Shown here: one piece after another, positions 1 through 13,525 of the stretch
Layout: every line of letters begins with the position of its first letter
Numbering within the stretch: position 1 is the first letter of the stretch
Made by a program: the position numbers and the translations under genes
Assembly: GCA_951406725.2 (NCBI GenBank)
Contig: OX597819.1
Span: 99,076,001 to 99,140,000, forward strand
Length of the DNA: 64,000 nt
Direction of reading: 5' to 3'
Origin: Octopus vulgaris
Taxonomy: Eukaryota
Notes under the pieces: generated by a model
Told to the model about the DNA's origin: nothing
The model's input: the letters and a program-made list of their open reading frames with translations, nothing else
Databases searched by the model: none

Positions 1-13
1 AACGTAAATCAGT

Positions 14-410
14 GCAGGCGTGGCTGTGTGGTAAGAAGCTTGCTTACCAACCACATGGTTCCGGATTCAGTTCCACTGCGTGGCACCTTGGGAAAGTGTT
101 TTCTACTATAGCCTCGGGCAGATCAAAGCCTTGTGAGTGGATTTGGTAGTCGAAAACTGAAAGAAACCCGTCGTATACATGTGTGCGTGTGCGTTTTTGA
201 GTCTATTTGTACCCACATCATCGCTTGACAACCGGTATTGATATGTTTACGTCCCCGTAACTTAGACGGTCGGCAAAAGAAACCGAAAGGATAATTACTA
301 GGCTTAAAAGATAAGTCAAGAGATCGATTTGTTCGACTAAAAAGCCCTTCAAGGCGGTGCTCTAACATGACCACTATCAAATGACTGAAATAAATAAAAG
401 ATTAAAAGAA
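14..410 (+). mobile_element. tRNA-derived SINE, family A (octopus-type)
   Basis: A/B-box-like head (gtggctgtgtggtaag...ggttccggattcagttcc); body and tail shared with copies at 32638, 53789 and 54845. Confidence 0.85.
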
Positions 411-859
411 TAGTCATTTGTTCACTCTCTTTTCAAATTTCAATCATCCAAAGGAATGGGCCTGCTCTTCCCCTATAAGAAACACCGCAATAGAGGCCAT
501 TTGACTATTATTTCTCTTTAAATGATTAAGGAGAACGTAAATTGTTTTTACGCGACTTTGTCAGAAAAATAAAATGAGTGGCGATACTGAGAGGAAAGAG
601 AAAAAGTTATTTTAAGACCGAAGATCTGGTTCAATGTGTGCAACAGAGTGGACAACATCAAAGGTAGTCAAGTTCCAGATGTTGCTGTTACATCACAAGA
701 ATGAGAACTATTCCTCCGACCAGTTTTCATATAGTTTCCGTCCATCAAATTTCACTCTCAAGGTTTTGGTGAATCCAAGGCAATAGTAGAAAATACTTAC
801 CCGTGGTACCAGGGAGTAAGTTCGAACTCGAAGCCATGCAACTGGGAAGCAAACTTACA

Positions 860-1800
860 AACAACAATCCTGTACTCGTTTCAGATATGTGGCCGGAAAG
901 ACACCGCCGTCATTTTCATTTTTCATTCGGTAGGGTACATTTAACTTGCTGGCCATTTGATGGCAGTCTATATGCCAGGCCCTCTGCCACTGTTTATGCA
1001 TGATCCAGAAATGCAACTCTTTCAGAGAGCCGAGCTGCAGAAAAGTGCATCTAGCAAACGACAACCATACCTGCTCACTGTCAAGGATACGCTGAAGATG
1101 ACGTAACCTCAGTGCATGCGTATGTTTCATTAGCCATAGCATGCTCAGTTCCTCATTCAGTAGACGTTCACGGAAAATGGAAGTTTTCCATTCTTGATAG
1201 CCATGAAGCGGAGAATGGAACGGTATGAGATGACGAATGTTATGTAGGCATTGCCCACTTTCACTCTAATGTTCAATAATAGTTTTCACTCGATCCATTT
1301 CTGAGTGAGACTAGCTATTTTGCTCGTTACCTCTTCGCGGTTCTTGTTCACCTGGAGATCTGGAACAAACTAGAGCTTGAGCAATTTTGGTGGTCCATCC
1401 ATCCAGTGTCTCACGACGCTGTTAGAAGGCACGGGCCTGCCTCTCCAGGCCCGACGACTTCTGGTTAATTTTTGCTCCTCCTGTTACGGTCTCGTATTCC
1501 CTTAAGGCAGTTTCGATTACCTCGATGTGTTCGATGTCTGACAGCATTACGGTGACGCCGTCTACATATGCATATACGAATCTTTCGCATCGTAGTTCTG
1601 GAGTCGTGACTCTCGAGAGAGGGAGCACCCTTGACAGACCGAATAATTATGACAGGTGCTCGATTATGCGGACCACCAAACTGATGTTACTCTCTGTTGC
1701 AGCGATCGATCTGAAAACGGGGTGGAAACCAACCGCCTTGAGGACAGATACCAAGTATTGATGGTCGACCTTACCGAAAGCTTTCAATTGATCGTAATCA
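860..1800 (-). mobile_element. Degenerate L1/Tx1-clade LINE RT fragment
   Basis: Minus-strand translation gives DQLKAFGKVDHQYL (RT motif 3-like) and YAYVDGVTV...REYETVTGGAKINQKS (YADD/motif 5-7-like); frameshifted. Confidence 0.7.
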
Positions 1801-2234
1801 GAACCCCGCTGATATCTTCTTCTTCTTCTTCCAATCAGGACTCACGCCATTAGCCACAAAGAATAATCTCTAATTCGAGCCTACTCTAAGCTACTAAGAA
1901 TCCACCCACTAAGAATCCATACTAAGATCCACCCACCACACGCGATAGACTGGTGGTTGCACGGGCGCGAAAGCTACGTCGTTATCCTCATTCCGTAAAC
2001 GGTGGCTTTTAACAGCAGGTGGAGAGCTGAACCATCCTGGGGTAGAGAGGATTCGCAATCTAGACTAGAGTCTGAAAGTTTACCACACCATAGTGGGTTA
2101 CACCATGGTTCCTCTGCTTTGTGGCAGAAGTAGGAAGAAAGAGTGAGAGAAAGTCGTGGTGAAAGAGTACAGCGGGGTTCACCACTCCTCGCCGCCGGAG
2201 CCCTCCCCGCCGGAGCACTCCCCGCCGGAGCCAC

Positions 2235-2331
2235 GTGGTGTTTTTGCTCAATAATGCTCGGTCTGGGAATCGAAACCGCTTTCTTACGACCGCGAGTCCG
2301 TTGCCCTAACCACTGGGCCATTGCGCCTCCA
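2235..2331 (-). mobile_element. tRNA-derived SINE head, family C
   Basis: Reverse complement reads ggaggcgcaatggcccagtggttaggg...ggtttcgattcccagacc; related heads near 24885, 51885, 52500 and 56835. Confidence 0.7.
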
Positions 2332-2793
2332 CCCCGCTGATGTTGCTGCTTTTTTGTTATAGTTGTGCTTGTTCTCGTATTCGTTTGCTCCATCATTGCT
2401 ACTGGTGGTAGTTAAGCAGCTGAGTTTAGAGCTGAGGTACGTGGAATCGCCGCTGTTTAGTATCGTAGCCATGGGTTTCGTTTCACTGCCTATCACTTCA
2501 TACCGTGAAGTGGGCGTGCGTGCTGATGCCGTCATGATTTTAAACATTAAAATTTACGATTATGGTGAAGCTTTTATTATAAGAAACGTGCTCCTTAGGG
2601 CTCACAATTACTGCCTCCCTCTTTACGCTGTGAAGTAGAGTCTTTGCTTAACAAAATGCCCAAAAGTCTTTTTTTAACAAAACCAGAAGCTATTTCCAAC
2701 AAAAACAACTAACTTTTTACGAGCCGAAGCGAAGCACATCGAATACAGAACAATGACGACCACGATGACGATGTAAGATGATAATGATGAGGT

Positions 2794-2845
<52 letters not shown>

Positions 2846-4052
2846 GAAGAAACGAAATTGGGATCTTTTCAGTTTGAAGGCCAGATTTTCCTAGTTAACT
2901 AAACAATTTGAAACTTCGTATACTGGTAGAATGTGTCAAAAGAAAACATAATTGTAAACCAAAATGAAAACGGAATTGTAATTTCTAAGTTTAACGTTGT
3001 TTAATAATTCGAATTTTAACCAATGGTATTCTTTCTTTCGACCTCATATTATTTAATGCCTCTCAAAATATTGTTACTGTGACGTAAACAGCTATTTTGT
3101 GACGTAGTTAACGTAAACATGTAAACAGACCTAGAGATTCGTTTGTAACGTAAACATCCGCTCATCGTAAATAGCTAAATTCGCTTGGCATCGTACACAG
3201 CTTTTTCAGTTCCCTAGAATTATATTTGAAAGAAAATAAAAAGAAAAAGATTCATACGCCTAAATATCCATCCTTAGACATCAGAAAATGAGTGTTTAAA
3301 TTATTTTCCATTGTTTGCATTGCTTACACACACACACACATACATACATACATACACACATACTAAAATTACATCGTTGGAGCAGTAATTTATTTATGTA
3401 TTTTTTGTTATACAATTTATTTTAAAGCTGAATCCCTATCCTGCCATTAACCCCTTTCTTATAAAATAGTTGAAGAATCTGGGGTGTAGGTATTGGGCCA
3501 GTATTGGAACTTTTAACTTCTTGCTCTCTATCTTATGATCTCCGAAATTTAAGAATCTTGTGTTAACTGGGCTCTTATTATTTACTCTGACTCTGCCACC
3601 ACCTCAATGCAAAGACTATCAATATCAGAATCATCTTCACAACCACCACTACAACCATTACTACAACCTCCAATGCCACCACCACAACCATCTTCTGCAA
3701 CCACAACCCCAAGATCAATACCAGCATCATATTCAAAATCACCAATTTCACCACCACTACACTCAGCAATGTCTTCAACACTACCATCCATGAGATATCC
3801 TAACATAATCAATGCTACTACTACTATCATCATCATTATCATTATCATCCACTGCCGCCGCCACCACCACCACCTCTACAAAAACACCAACACTATAATT
3901 GCTGCCATCATACACATCCACTGTCACCACTACACCACCACCACCACTGCCATGATAACCACATCTACCACCTCCAACACCATTGCCACCACTATCTATG
4001 AGACATCCTAAGTTAGATACTACTTTCACTTTCTAGTTGCTCTTTGAGTTTA

Positions 4053-4438
4053 TCTTTATATATAAAAGAGAGGTTGTGTGTCTGTCTCCTACGATTTAGA
4101 TTCCTAACTACTCCCACATTTTGCGGTGCAGTTTAACCAAACCGGGTATCTTATAGTCGTGATTCATATCGAGCCCTTCTGGGTATTAGCGCGTCTACGG
4201 TGAGTCTACGATTTAAAAAAACATTTACCATCATTTTTTTTTCCATTTTAATGCATTTTTTTTTGCTATTATATAAGGGAAGTAACTCTCTAAAAATGTC
4301 TACGATGAGTCAACGATTTAAAAAAAATTTACCATCATTTTTTTCCATTTTTAATGCATTTTTTGGCTATAACTCTCTAAAAATGCTTATATAGTTATTT
4401 CCCTTACAAACCCGAGCAACGCCGGGCGATACTGCTAG
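4053..4438 (+). mobile_element. Non-autonomous Helitron
   Basis: A|TC start, subterminal hairpin CCCGAGC-AAC-GCCGGG, CTAG|T end; internal ~105-bp tandem duplication. Confidence 0.8.
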
Positions 4439-5251
4439 TTATATCTAATCTATCTCTCTAAAAGATGCAAAGCAAGTAGCATTAAATGGTGAATGGATGT
4501 GAGCAGAAAGAGAGTAAGTTCCATTCCAGTTTACAACAATTATAGAATTATTCTCAAACCATAAATGAAGGGTGGAGAGGAGTGAAGGAGGAGTCATGTT
4601 TCCTCTGAGAGGTTACAGAAGTAATAAGCACTGAAAAGTGGAGTTTGCGTTATTATTTTTGTTTCAAAGTTTACAATTATTTCTACAAATTCATTTTGAC
4701 TTATCTTCAATCATGTTTATAAACGTGACCGCTGTGCCGTCCACTATAAACATTGATTAATGTCCTATATTTAAGCGGTAGACAAACACTTCAGCATATT
4801 ATTTTTTGTAGAGAGTTGTGAGGGATCATTTCTATGAACGGGGTATCTGTACAACGGATTTGACTACATCATTAATTGTGGAGTCGTTTAAAAACACAAT
4901 GCAAGATTAAGTCAACATGGAATTTTTGAAACAATCATAAATTGTTCTATATTTTAGAGATGAGGAATTCTGTACAATATTTACATTTTTTACATCTTGT
5001 TTATTGCTACCACAAAATTTCGGCTGATTTACTCTCCAGCCTTCATCAGGTGTCCTGGTAGAATTTTGAATCCAACCCTAGGTTCTAAGGTGCCACGCAG
5101 TGTGAATGAACCCGAAACTATGTGGCTGGTATGGCCTGTCAGGGAGTCACCATTGCTTTCGTGCCTTTTACGTTCTTAGCAGTGGGAGACGTCTATATTG
5201 CTAAGAGTATAAATAGTTCTCTATGTAATTAAAATTCTTCCTCTCCTTCAG

Positions 5252-5357
5252 AAGCCAAGCCAAGCCAAGCCAAGCCAAGCCAAGCCAAGCCAAGCCAAGC
5301 CAAGCCAAGCCAAGCCAAGCCAAGCCAAGCCAAGCCAAGTCAAGCCAAGCCAAGCCA
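5252..5357. repeat. (CCAAG)n pentanucleotide microsatellite
   Basis: About 20 near-perfect units. Confidence 0.95.
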
Positions 5358-5381
5358 CCTGTGTATAGTGGTAAGACCAAA

Positions 5382-5515
5382 GCCATAGCGCTCACTGTGG
5401 TCTCGTAGCCGTGGACAGTGAGCCCAATGGTGCCCAGAGCGAGCTCTGGTCGCCATAGCGCTCACTGTGGTCTCGTAGCCGTGGACAGTGAGCCCAATGG
5501 CGCCCAGAGCCCAGC
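5382..5515. repeat. 70-bp tandem repeat x2 with internal hairpin
   Basis: Units start at 5382 and 5452; GCTCACTGT...ACAGTGAGC stem in each. Confidence 0.9.
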
Positions 5516-6539
5516 TCAACACACTCCTTATACCCTAAGTAAGTCATGTGTAAAATTTGAATGAAATTGGTTGTGTAGTTCTCAAGTTTTAGGGAAACAC
5601 ACAGACAGACAGACACACATTCTCAGATACATAAAAGAATGAGAGTGGGTGATGTTTTGTTTGTTGGACCAATGTATTAAGGTAGTATTGTTTAATTGTT
5701 TTAAAACGAAAGAGGCAGTGTGTTTGTTTCAAAAATAAAAAAGACAAACGTCCGCCAATGGGAAGACAGTTCATATTCGATTAGAGCACTCTGGGTATAA
5801 TCATAAAAGTGAAAAATGGAATTTTTAGGCAAATCAAACAGTGAAAAAACAAAAACATTAAAAAAAATATAATATAGAAAATATAAAATTGATAAATTTA
5901 AATTAAATTGAAAATAAAAATTACTAAATTATATTTATAATTTGTTTAAAAATATACATAACTATGAAAAAGTATGAAAAAGTTTAATATACATAAATAC
6001 AGATATATACACTTTGTATATATACATTATATATACATATTTATATATAGAACACACACACACATACATTATATATACATATTTATATATAGAACACACA
6101 CACACACACACATACATTATATATACATATTTATATATAGAACACACACACACACACACACATACATATAAATGAACGCAAGAATATCTGATTCATAATA
6201 TTTGTTCTCATGCTCGTGTGTTGTTGGTGACAGACAGATACGTAAAAGAACGCCGATGTAATGGGAAGGTAAAAAACAGAGTGAGTGAAAAAGAGAGGAA
6301 ATAGCGAGAGTGACAGATACTTTAAATAACGGTAGTGGAATTATCAAAGTTATAGATGAAGGGGAGTGAGAGGGTACTGGAGGAAATAGCGTGAGTGAGG
6401 AAGATGGCCCCTAGCAACCACACCTTTTAAGATAGGGATTTCTAAGGTAGCCCACGAGCTTCGTCACCTATTTCTACATGTCCCTGTAAATTTTGGAGCG
6501 AATCGGACGGGACGTAGTGGTATTGAAAGCGATCCAAGC

Positions 6540-6588
<49 letters not shown>

Positions 6589-7563
6589 CTGAAGTTGTCT
6601 GGATATATGTATGTATGTATGTGTGTGTGTGTATACGTATGTATGTGTAGAGACCTCTTTTGGCTCCACCTGAGTTTTGAAACTGAATGGGTAAATTTCC
6701 CCCTAACTTTTGAGCCTTATTGTTCTGTTGAGGAACAATGTTGTTTTATTCAACCGATGGCCTTCCCAACATTTGATTGATGTATTTTCCTCTTGACCCA
6801 TAACCCTTCTAATTTGTAAAGGGTTTAAATAAATAATATAAGGGATCTTTACCCTTTCAACGGCAGATCGAGAAATATATTTTTTGTAACTAAACACTTT
6901 CAACCTTCGGACACTAACCCTAACCCTAATGTGTCATATAAAACATATTTTACTTTTAATGTTACTCTTGACCGCGGCCATGCTGGAGCATCACCTTTAA
7001 TCGAGCAACTCGACCCCGGGACTTATTCTTTTTGTAAGCCCAGTACTTATTCTATCCTTAACCAATCATATTTTCTGTTTTCATTTGAAATTATTAGCTG
7101 CATAGTGTTAATGTGACGTAGATAGCTATTTTGTGAGTGGGTAAGCAGTAATCTGTGGTAGATGTGGTTATCATGGCAGTGGTGGTGGTGGTGACAGTGG
7201 ATGTGTATGATGGCAGCAATTATAGTGTTGGTGTTTTTGTAGAGGTGGTGGTGGTGGTGGTGGCGGCAGTGGATGATGATGATAATGATGATGATAGTAG
7301 TAGTAGCATTAATTATGTTAGGATGTCTCATGGATGGTAGTGTTGGTGTGTGTGTGTGTGTGTATGTATGGATCAAAACAGTTTGATCCAAATTCTGTGG
7401 TACTTATATATTCATACATACATATACATGTAGATGTATATAACATATATATATATTGTATGTAAACATCTTTTATATATATATATAATGTATGCATCTA
7501 TAATACTCACACATTATAAATATATACACATATATGCATATGCATTAGAATATGTGTGTATAG

Positions 7564-7624
<61 letters not shown>

Positions 7625-8265
7625 TATGTTTGTATACATGTGTGTGTAGCTATTTAGGATCTACACAAATTTTATATATACTCCACGAAGTTTATGATAA
7701 GCGGAGATGTTTACATTTTAGTTAGCTATTTACATGTTTACGTTAACTACGTCACAAAATAGCTGTTTACGTCACAGTAACAATATTTTGAGAAGCAGTA
7801 AATAATATGAGGCCGAAAGAAAGAATATCATTGGTTAAAATTCGAATTTTTAAACAACGTTAAACTTAGAAATTACAATTCCGTTTTCATTTTGGTTTAC
7901 AATTGTGTTTTCTTTTGACACATTCTACCAGTATACGAAGTTTCAAATTGTTTAGTTAACTAGGAAAATCTGGCCTTCAAAAAGAAATGATCCCGAAATT
8001 GAAAGCACTTGTGTTTTAATCATACACTCACACACACAAACATACACACACACACACACCACACACATGCACTCACACATACACACAGACGTGCACATAC
8101 ATACACTCTTATTACGCACATCTACACGATCATTCACACGCATTCACTATTAAATACATTAATTCGAGCATAAGCGGGCATTCACATGAACACGCATATA
8201 CCCAAAGGCACGCACACATTCACGTACACATACACACACACATGCACACACACACACACACACAC

Positions 8266-8332
<67 letters not shown>

Positions 8333-8968
8333 AAGTGACAGTAAAATCAACATTGATTCATTTCATTGGTGTCATCATATGAAAATTCTCTGAGACTAAT
8401 TTCCGCTTGCCATATTATATGAATATAATTGGTCAAACCTGTCGTTAGACAATAACAAGAAGCAGGAATGGCTGCATTTGGAGGACAGATATAGAAGGTA
8501 TGGGGTTGGTAATTGTTTGTTACAAGAAAACTTTGTAGGTTTTCTCTCAGAAATGGCAAATTTGAATTACTTTTCTCGGTATTGAAAACCGATCCAGGTG
8601 GAAATTAATTTTTATTTCTTTATGTTATCAACAACGACTTCTTCAGATATTGTTGTATATGATGATAAACGTGAGAAACGTTGACTTTAGATGTATAGTT
8701 TTGCAGCAAATATTTCTGTATTTCAACTGTCAAATGTAAATCTGCTCAGGTGTTTATGAAGTTGAAGGACCTTCAATGTTGCAGTTGTTGTTGTTGTTGC
8801 TAACGTTATTGCTACTTCTGTTAGTGTTGTTGTGATGTAGGCGTTTAGCTGTACACCACCACTGATCTGGAAGACTTATGGACAAAAATGTTCCGACCCA
8901 AATATCTAAGACTATTACGCAGTGTCCTTAATCTTTTAAATGGTAGGCTAGAAAGAAGATTCTAACGA

Positions 8969-9026
<58 letters not shown>

Positions 9027-9098
9027 CATATATATATATAAACGCATATATATATATAAACATATATATATATATAAACACACATATATATATATATA

Positions 9099-9144
<46 letters not shown>

Positions 9145-9228
9145 CATATGTATATATATATATATGTATATATATATGTATATACATATGTATGTATATA
9201 TATATATATATATATATACATATGTATG

Positions 9229-9512
<284 letters not shown>

Positions 9513-9524
9513 TATCTATATATA

Positions 9525-10280
9525 TGCCCTATCAGTATTTGTGAAGGGAAGTCATCCTTCCCGTCTTCAACTCATGATACACACGGACTCGAATTTCAAG
9601 GTATTGACCTATCATCGGCGTGTGACAATCATAGTTGTCGACGAGAAGTCAGCTCTCTTCACAAATACATATACTTTTTCCAGTATCGATTGACACTGAT
9701 ATTGAAAAAGTGAAATCAAACAATGATAAATCTCAGAGCGAGTTATAAACAGTAGCGACAACACGTGACGTATATTTGCCATTTGAATATGGCTAACCCC
9801 TAAGGGTGGATGCTACTGTAGTTTGTAGCCCCAGGAAGACACCTCCATAGGGCTTAGCCATATTCAAATGGCAAATATACGTTATGATGTGTTGCCGCTA
9901 CTGTTTATAACTCGCTCTGAGATTTATCATTGTTTGATTTCACTTTTTCAATATCAGTGTCAATCGATACTGGAAAAAGTATATGTATTTGTGAAGGGAG
10001 CTGACTTCTCGTCGACAACTATGATTGTCACACGCCGATGATAGGTCAATACCTTGAAACTCGAGTCCGTGTGTATCATGAGTTGAAGACGGGAAGGATG
10101 ACTTCCCTTCACAAATACTGATAGGGCACAGAAAATGTGTCTACAGCCAGCTGGAGGAGGTGTCTTCCTGGGTCTACAAACTACAGTAGCATCCACCCTT
10201 AGGGGTTAGCCATATTCAAATGGCAAATATACGTCACGACGTGTTGCCGCTACTGTTTATAACTCGCTCTGAGATTTATC

Positions 10281-10283
<3 letters not shown>
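9525..10283. mobile_element. Penelope-like/retrozyme-like unit: inverted plus partial tandem copies of a 352-bp monomer
   Basis: Arms 9525-9802 and 9848-10128 are reverse complements; the + strand monomer restarts at 10200 (period 352); duplicated at about 17450-18207. Confidence 0.7.
10029..10073 (+). ncRNA. Minimal type I hammerhead ribozyme candidate (U4C core)
   Basis: CACACG-CCGATGA-T-AGGT(CAAT)ACCT-T-GAAAC(TCGA)GTC-CGTGTG; stem I extends with bulges to 9985/10118. Confidence 0.6.
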
Positions 10284-10345
<62 letters not shown>

Positions 10346-10632
10346 GATACTCTCTCATTTGATTCCCAGTCCTAATAATTTTTGTGATATTGTCTGCTGT
10401 CGTGCCTTTGCTGCTAAATGTCCTTTTACAGTAGCATATTTTGGCATTCTTTTGGTTGAATCCGCAGAAATGCCAAAATGAACAACTGGTTTTGTTTGAT
10501 AATTTCTGTAAAAAAACTGTTATTTATTTACTTTTGTTTTAAAGTGAAAGAGAGGAGAAAGTGAAGGATGTACGTACGTACGTGTATCTGAAATGGACGT
10601 GTGTGTGAGTAAGTGAGAGAGGGAGAGAGAGT

Positions 10633-10673
<41 letters not shown>

Positions 10674-10857
10674 GGGTGTATTGTCATGTATACTTACATA
10701 CATAAATAAATATGCATACAACTTTTGGTATGTATGTGTGCATGTGTGTGTGAGAGAGAGAGAGGGGGAGAGAGAGAGTGAGTACTACTTAGACATCACT
10801 CTTTCTTTCTCTCTCTGTCTCTCACACACATACGTACACATACAAAAAGATGAGTGC

Positions 10858-10888
<31 letters not shown>

Positions 10889-12557
10889 TGTATTTATGTA
10901 TGCATGTATGTATTCATGACAACACACCCCTTCACTCACTCTCTGACTCTCTCTCTCACGCTCTCTCACCCCTCCACACACACACACACATAAATGTTTA
11001 CAAACGCACATACAAAAACACACGTGTGCGTGTGTAACTGACAGCAAATACATAGAGCTGAAAACGGCGCGCAAAAAGTAAACGAATAAAAAAATTTTAC
11101 GGAAATTAACGAAGTGTGTAGGTTCAAGCGAAAGAATGACCATATTTTTTTGTATACCTCATGTTGAATTGCAAAATTTTAATGTGGTATTTGTGTAATA
11201 AAGAAATCAAACCTGAAGCGTGTGTGTATGTGTTTATATTACAGAAACAGTGTGTGTGTGTATAAGAGAGAGAGAGAGAGACAGACAGAGAGAGACAGGC
11301 AGACAGAGAGGAAGGGAACATGGCAAACAATGAATGAAATAAACATGAAATGAAAAAATCGTATAAATAAAAGCTCGTTAAAAACAGTCTTGTACTGAAT
11401 ATTTAAATTTGTGAACTCGAAATATTTAATAAAAAAAAGGAAGTTTCAGAAAGTAAATTTTCTTGAAAACTTTAATTTATAAAAAATCTCACTTGCTTAG
11501 TAAATATTTCTTTCAATAATTTATCGTAGTTGTTTGCAAATAGCGGATTAAAACTTGAAATGTAAACATTGAAGTAGAGAGTGAGAGGTTTCGCAAATAA
11601 AAACGAAAAGTTTCGCCTGCAACGGTTGCTACGTTAACACCGGAAGATGACATTGAAAATCCTTGAAAGAAGTAAATCATATATATAAAACAATATTATT
11701 TATTTTTAATGAAAAAATGAAATGAAACCCTATTATGTATCCAAGATCAAATTATTCATGCACCCCAGCCGTTTTCGTGTGAAAAGCGAATACACACACA
11801 GAGGTTTTATATATATATATATATATATACATACACACATGCATTTATGCATACATATATGTATATATGTGAGTGTGTGTCTGTACTTACAATAACGCAC
11901 ACATAGGGAGGGACAAGACATGTTAAAAGGAAGTTAAAGAAACCTGAAAGGGTGAAGATGTAAATGTAAAGAAGAAGGAAAAGAAAGCGGAGAGGAAATA
12001 AAAGAAAATATGGAACTTATGAGGGTCTTTCACAACTCTCCATGATAGATACCATTCAGGCGTCCAGTGTAACATTTGGGCGAGTGTCATTTTCTATAGT
12101 CACGGATCAACCCATTCCTTGCAAGTGAAATCGTGAAAACTGAGTTGATAGAATTTGTTTTTGAAGCTCTTTGGAGGGATTGTACTTGTAATTCAAAGGA
12201 ACACACTTGTCCACACGGTATCATACTGATCTTGCTTGAGAATTACGGGAAGGGCACACGAGTTTGTGGAATGCTCAGTTGCTTACACGCTAATTTTAAG
12301 AGCTGTTAATTCAGTTTCTTTTAGTTGATCGAATAGCAATTGAATCCTCATAGTCAAAACCAAAGTTGAAAGGAGTGAAATTAACGGAAGACAGCAGAGT
12401 TTCACATCCTCGTGGTTAAAAAAAATGTTAGGGGATGTTAAGTTAATCGATTTCAGGAGTGGCATTTATTTTATCGACTTCGAAAGAGTGAAATGCAAAG
12501 TCGACCTCGGCTGAATTTCGACTTAGAAAGTAAAAACAGACGAAATGCCGTTAAACG

Positions 12558-12793
12558 TTTCTTATTTCTTTATTTCCCACAAAGGGCTAAACACAGAGAG
12601 GACAAACAAGGACAGACAAACGGATTAAGTCGATTATATCGACACCAGTGCGTAATTGGTACTTATTTGATCGACCTCGAAAGGATGAAAGGCAAAGTCG
12701 ACCTCGGCGGAATTTGAACTCAGAACGTAACGGCAGACGAAATACGGCTACGCATTTCGCCCGGCGTGCTAACGCTTCTGCCACCCTGCCGCC
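12558..12793 (-). mobile_element. tRNA-derived SINE, family B (Meta-domain-like)
   Basis: Reverse complement has a tRNA-like head plus gtcgactttgcctttcatcctttcgaggtcgat...agtacc; duplicate at 20467-20702. Confidence 0.8.
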
Positions 12794-13467
12794 TTAATTA
12801 TGGTGGTAGTTATAATAACGCGTAAGATAATGTTGAAAATGATGATGACAGTGATGGTGGTTGCGATGTAATAATGACAATAAAATAGAATGACGACAAA
12901 GACGACGACAATGATTATGAAAGCGATAGTGGTAGCGGCGACGACAACCACGACTATGATGAGGATTACTATTTTTATGAAAAAGAGGTAGAAACAGAAG
13001 AGGAGGGTACTATTGATGACTACGTATCTAAACATGAAATTGAGGATGAAAAGAAAACCTAATTTGAATTTCATGTACCTATTTTGCTGTTTCCGAATGT
13101 CTTTGGAATGAAACGGAAGTTGACACTTATTCGACATGGTTTCTACCTAACCTGACTTCCGGTATTCTCCACAAATGGCCGAAATAATTTGGTAAAATTA
13201 GAATATTTGTGCAGTCTTACACCACTATATTCGTCACTTATAATGACGTCTGCAACAACAACATCAATAACAAATATAACAACATAGAAGACGATAGAAG
13301 CACTTTACAAATGTAGAAACGTAAAGAAGTATATTATGTGTGTGTGGGTGCATGCGCGTATACTACGAACACACACGTGTACACATATGCACACACACTT
13401 ACACACATCCACACGCATTTGCGCACATACGCACACATTTGCGCACATACACACACACTCATATCCA

Positions 13468-13525
<58 letters not shown>

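Larger units (their letters stand above)
2861..7993. mobile_element. Composite non-autonomous TIR DNA transposon (GG termini, 8-bp TSD; Merlin/MULE-like)
   Basis: About 265-310 bp inverted repeats (2861-3170 vs 7690-7993) starting GGATC and ending GATCC; perfect flanking direct repeat CGAAATTG at 2853-2860 and 7994-8001. Confidence 0.8.

Noticed and set aside
14-90. tRNA-like sequences at SINE heads
   Set aside because: They lack a full cloverleaf and continue into SINE bodies; not tRNA genes
3560-4029. Ser/Pro/Thr/His-rich ORFs on both strands
   Set aside because: Degenerate (CAC/CAT)n tract, part of which recurs inverted at 7150; no domain
5252-5515. Possible CRISPR-like array (short repeats, 70-bp units)
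   Set aside because: No unique spacers, no cas genes, eukaryotic context
10117-10143. Second hammerhead in the 352-bp monomer (CTGATAG...GAAAA)
   Set aside because: Core lacks G8/A9 and the GAAAA is simply the loop of a GGCACA/TGTGTC hairpin
12769-13137. 122-aa membrane-like ORF
   Set aside because: The hydrophobic part comes from a degenerate (GAT/GAC)n tract read antisense; only the first ~20 codons are retained as a weak exon candidate
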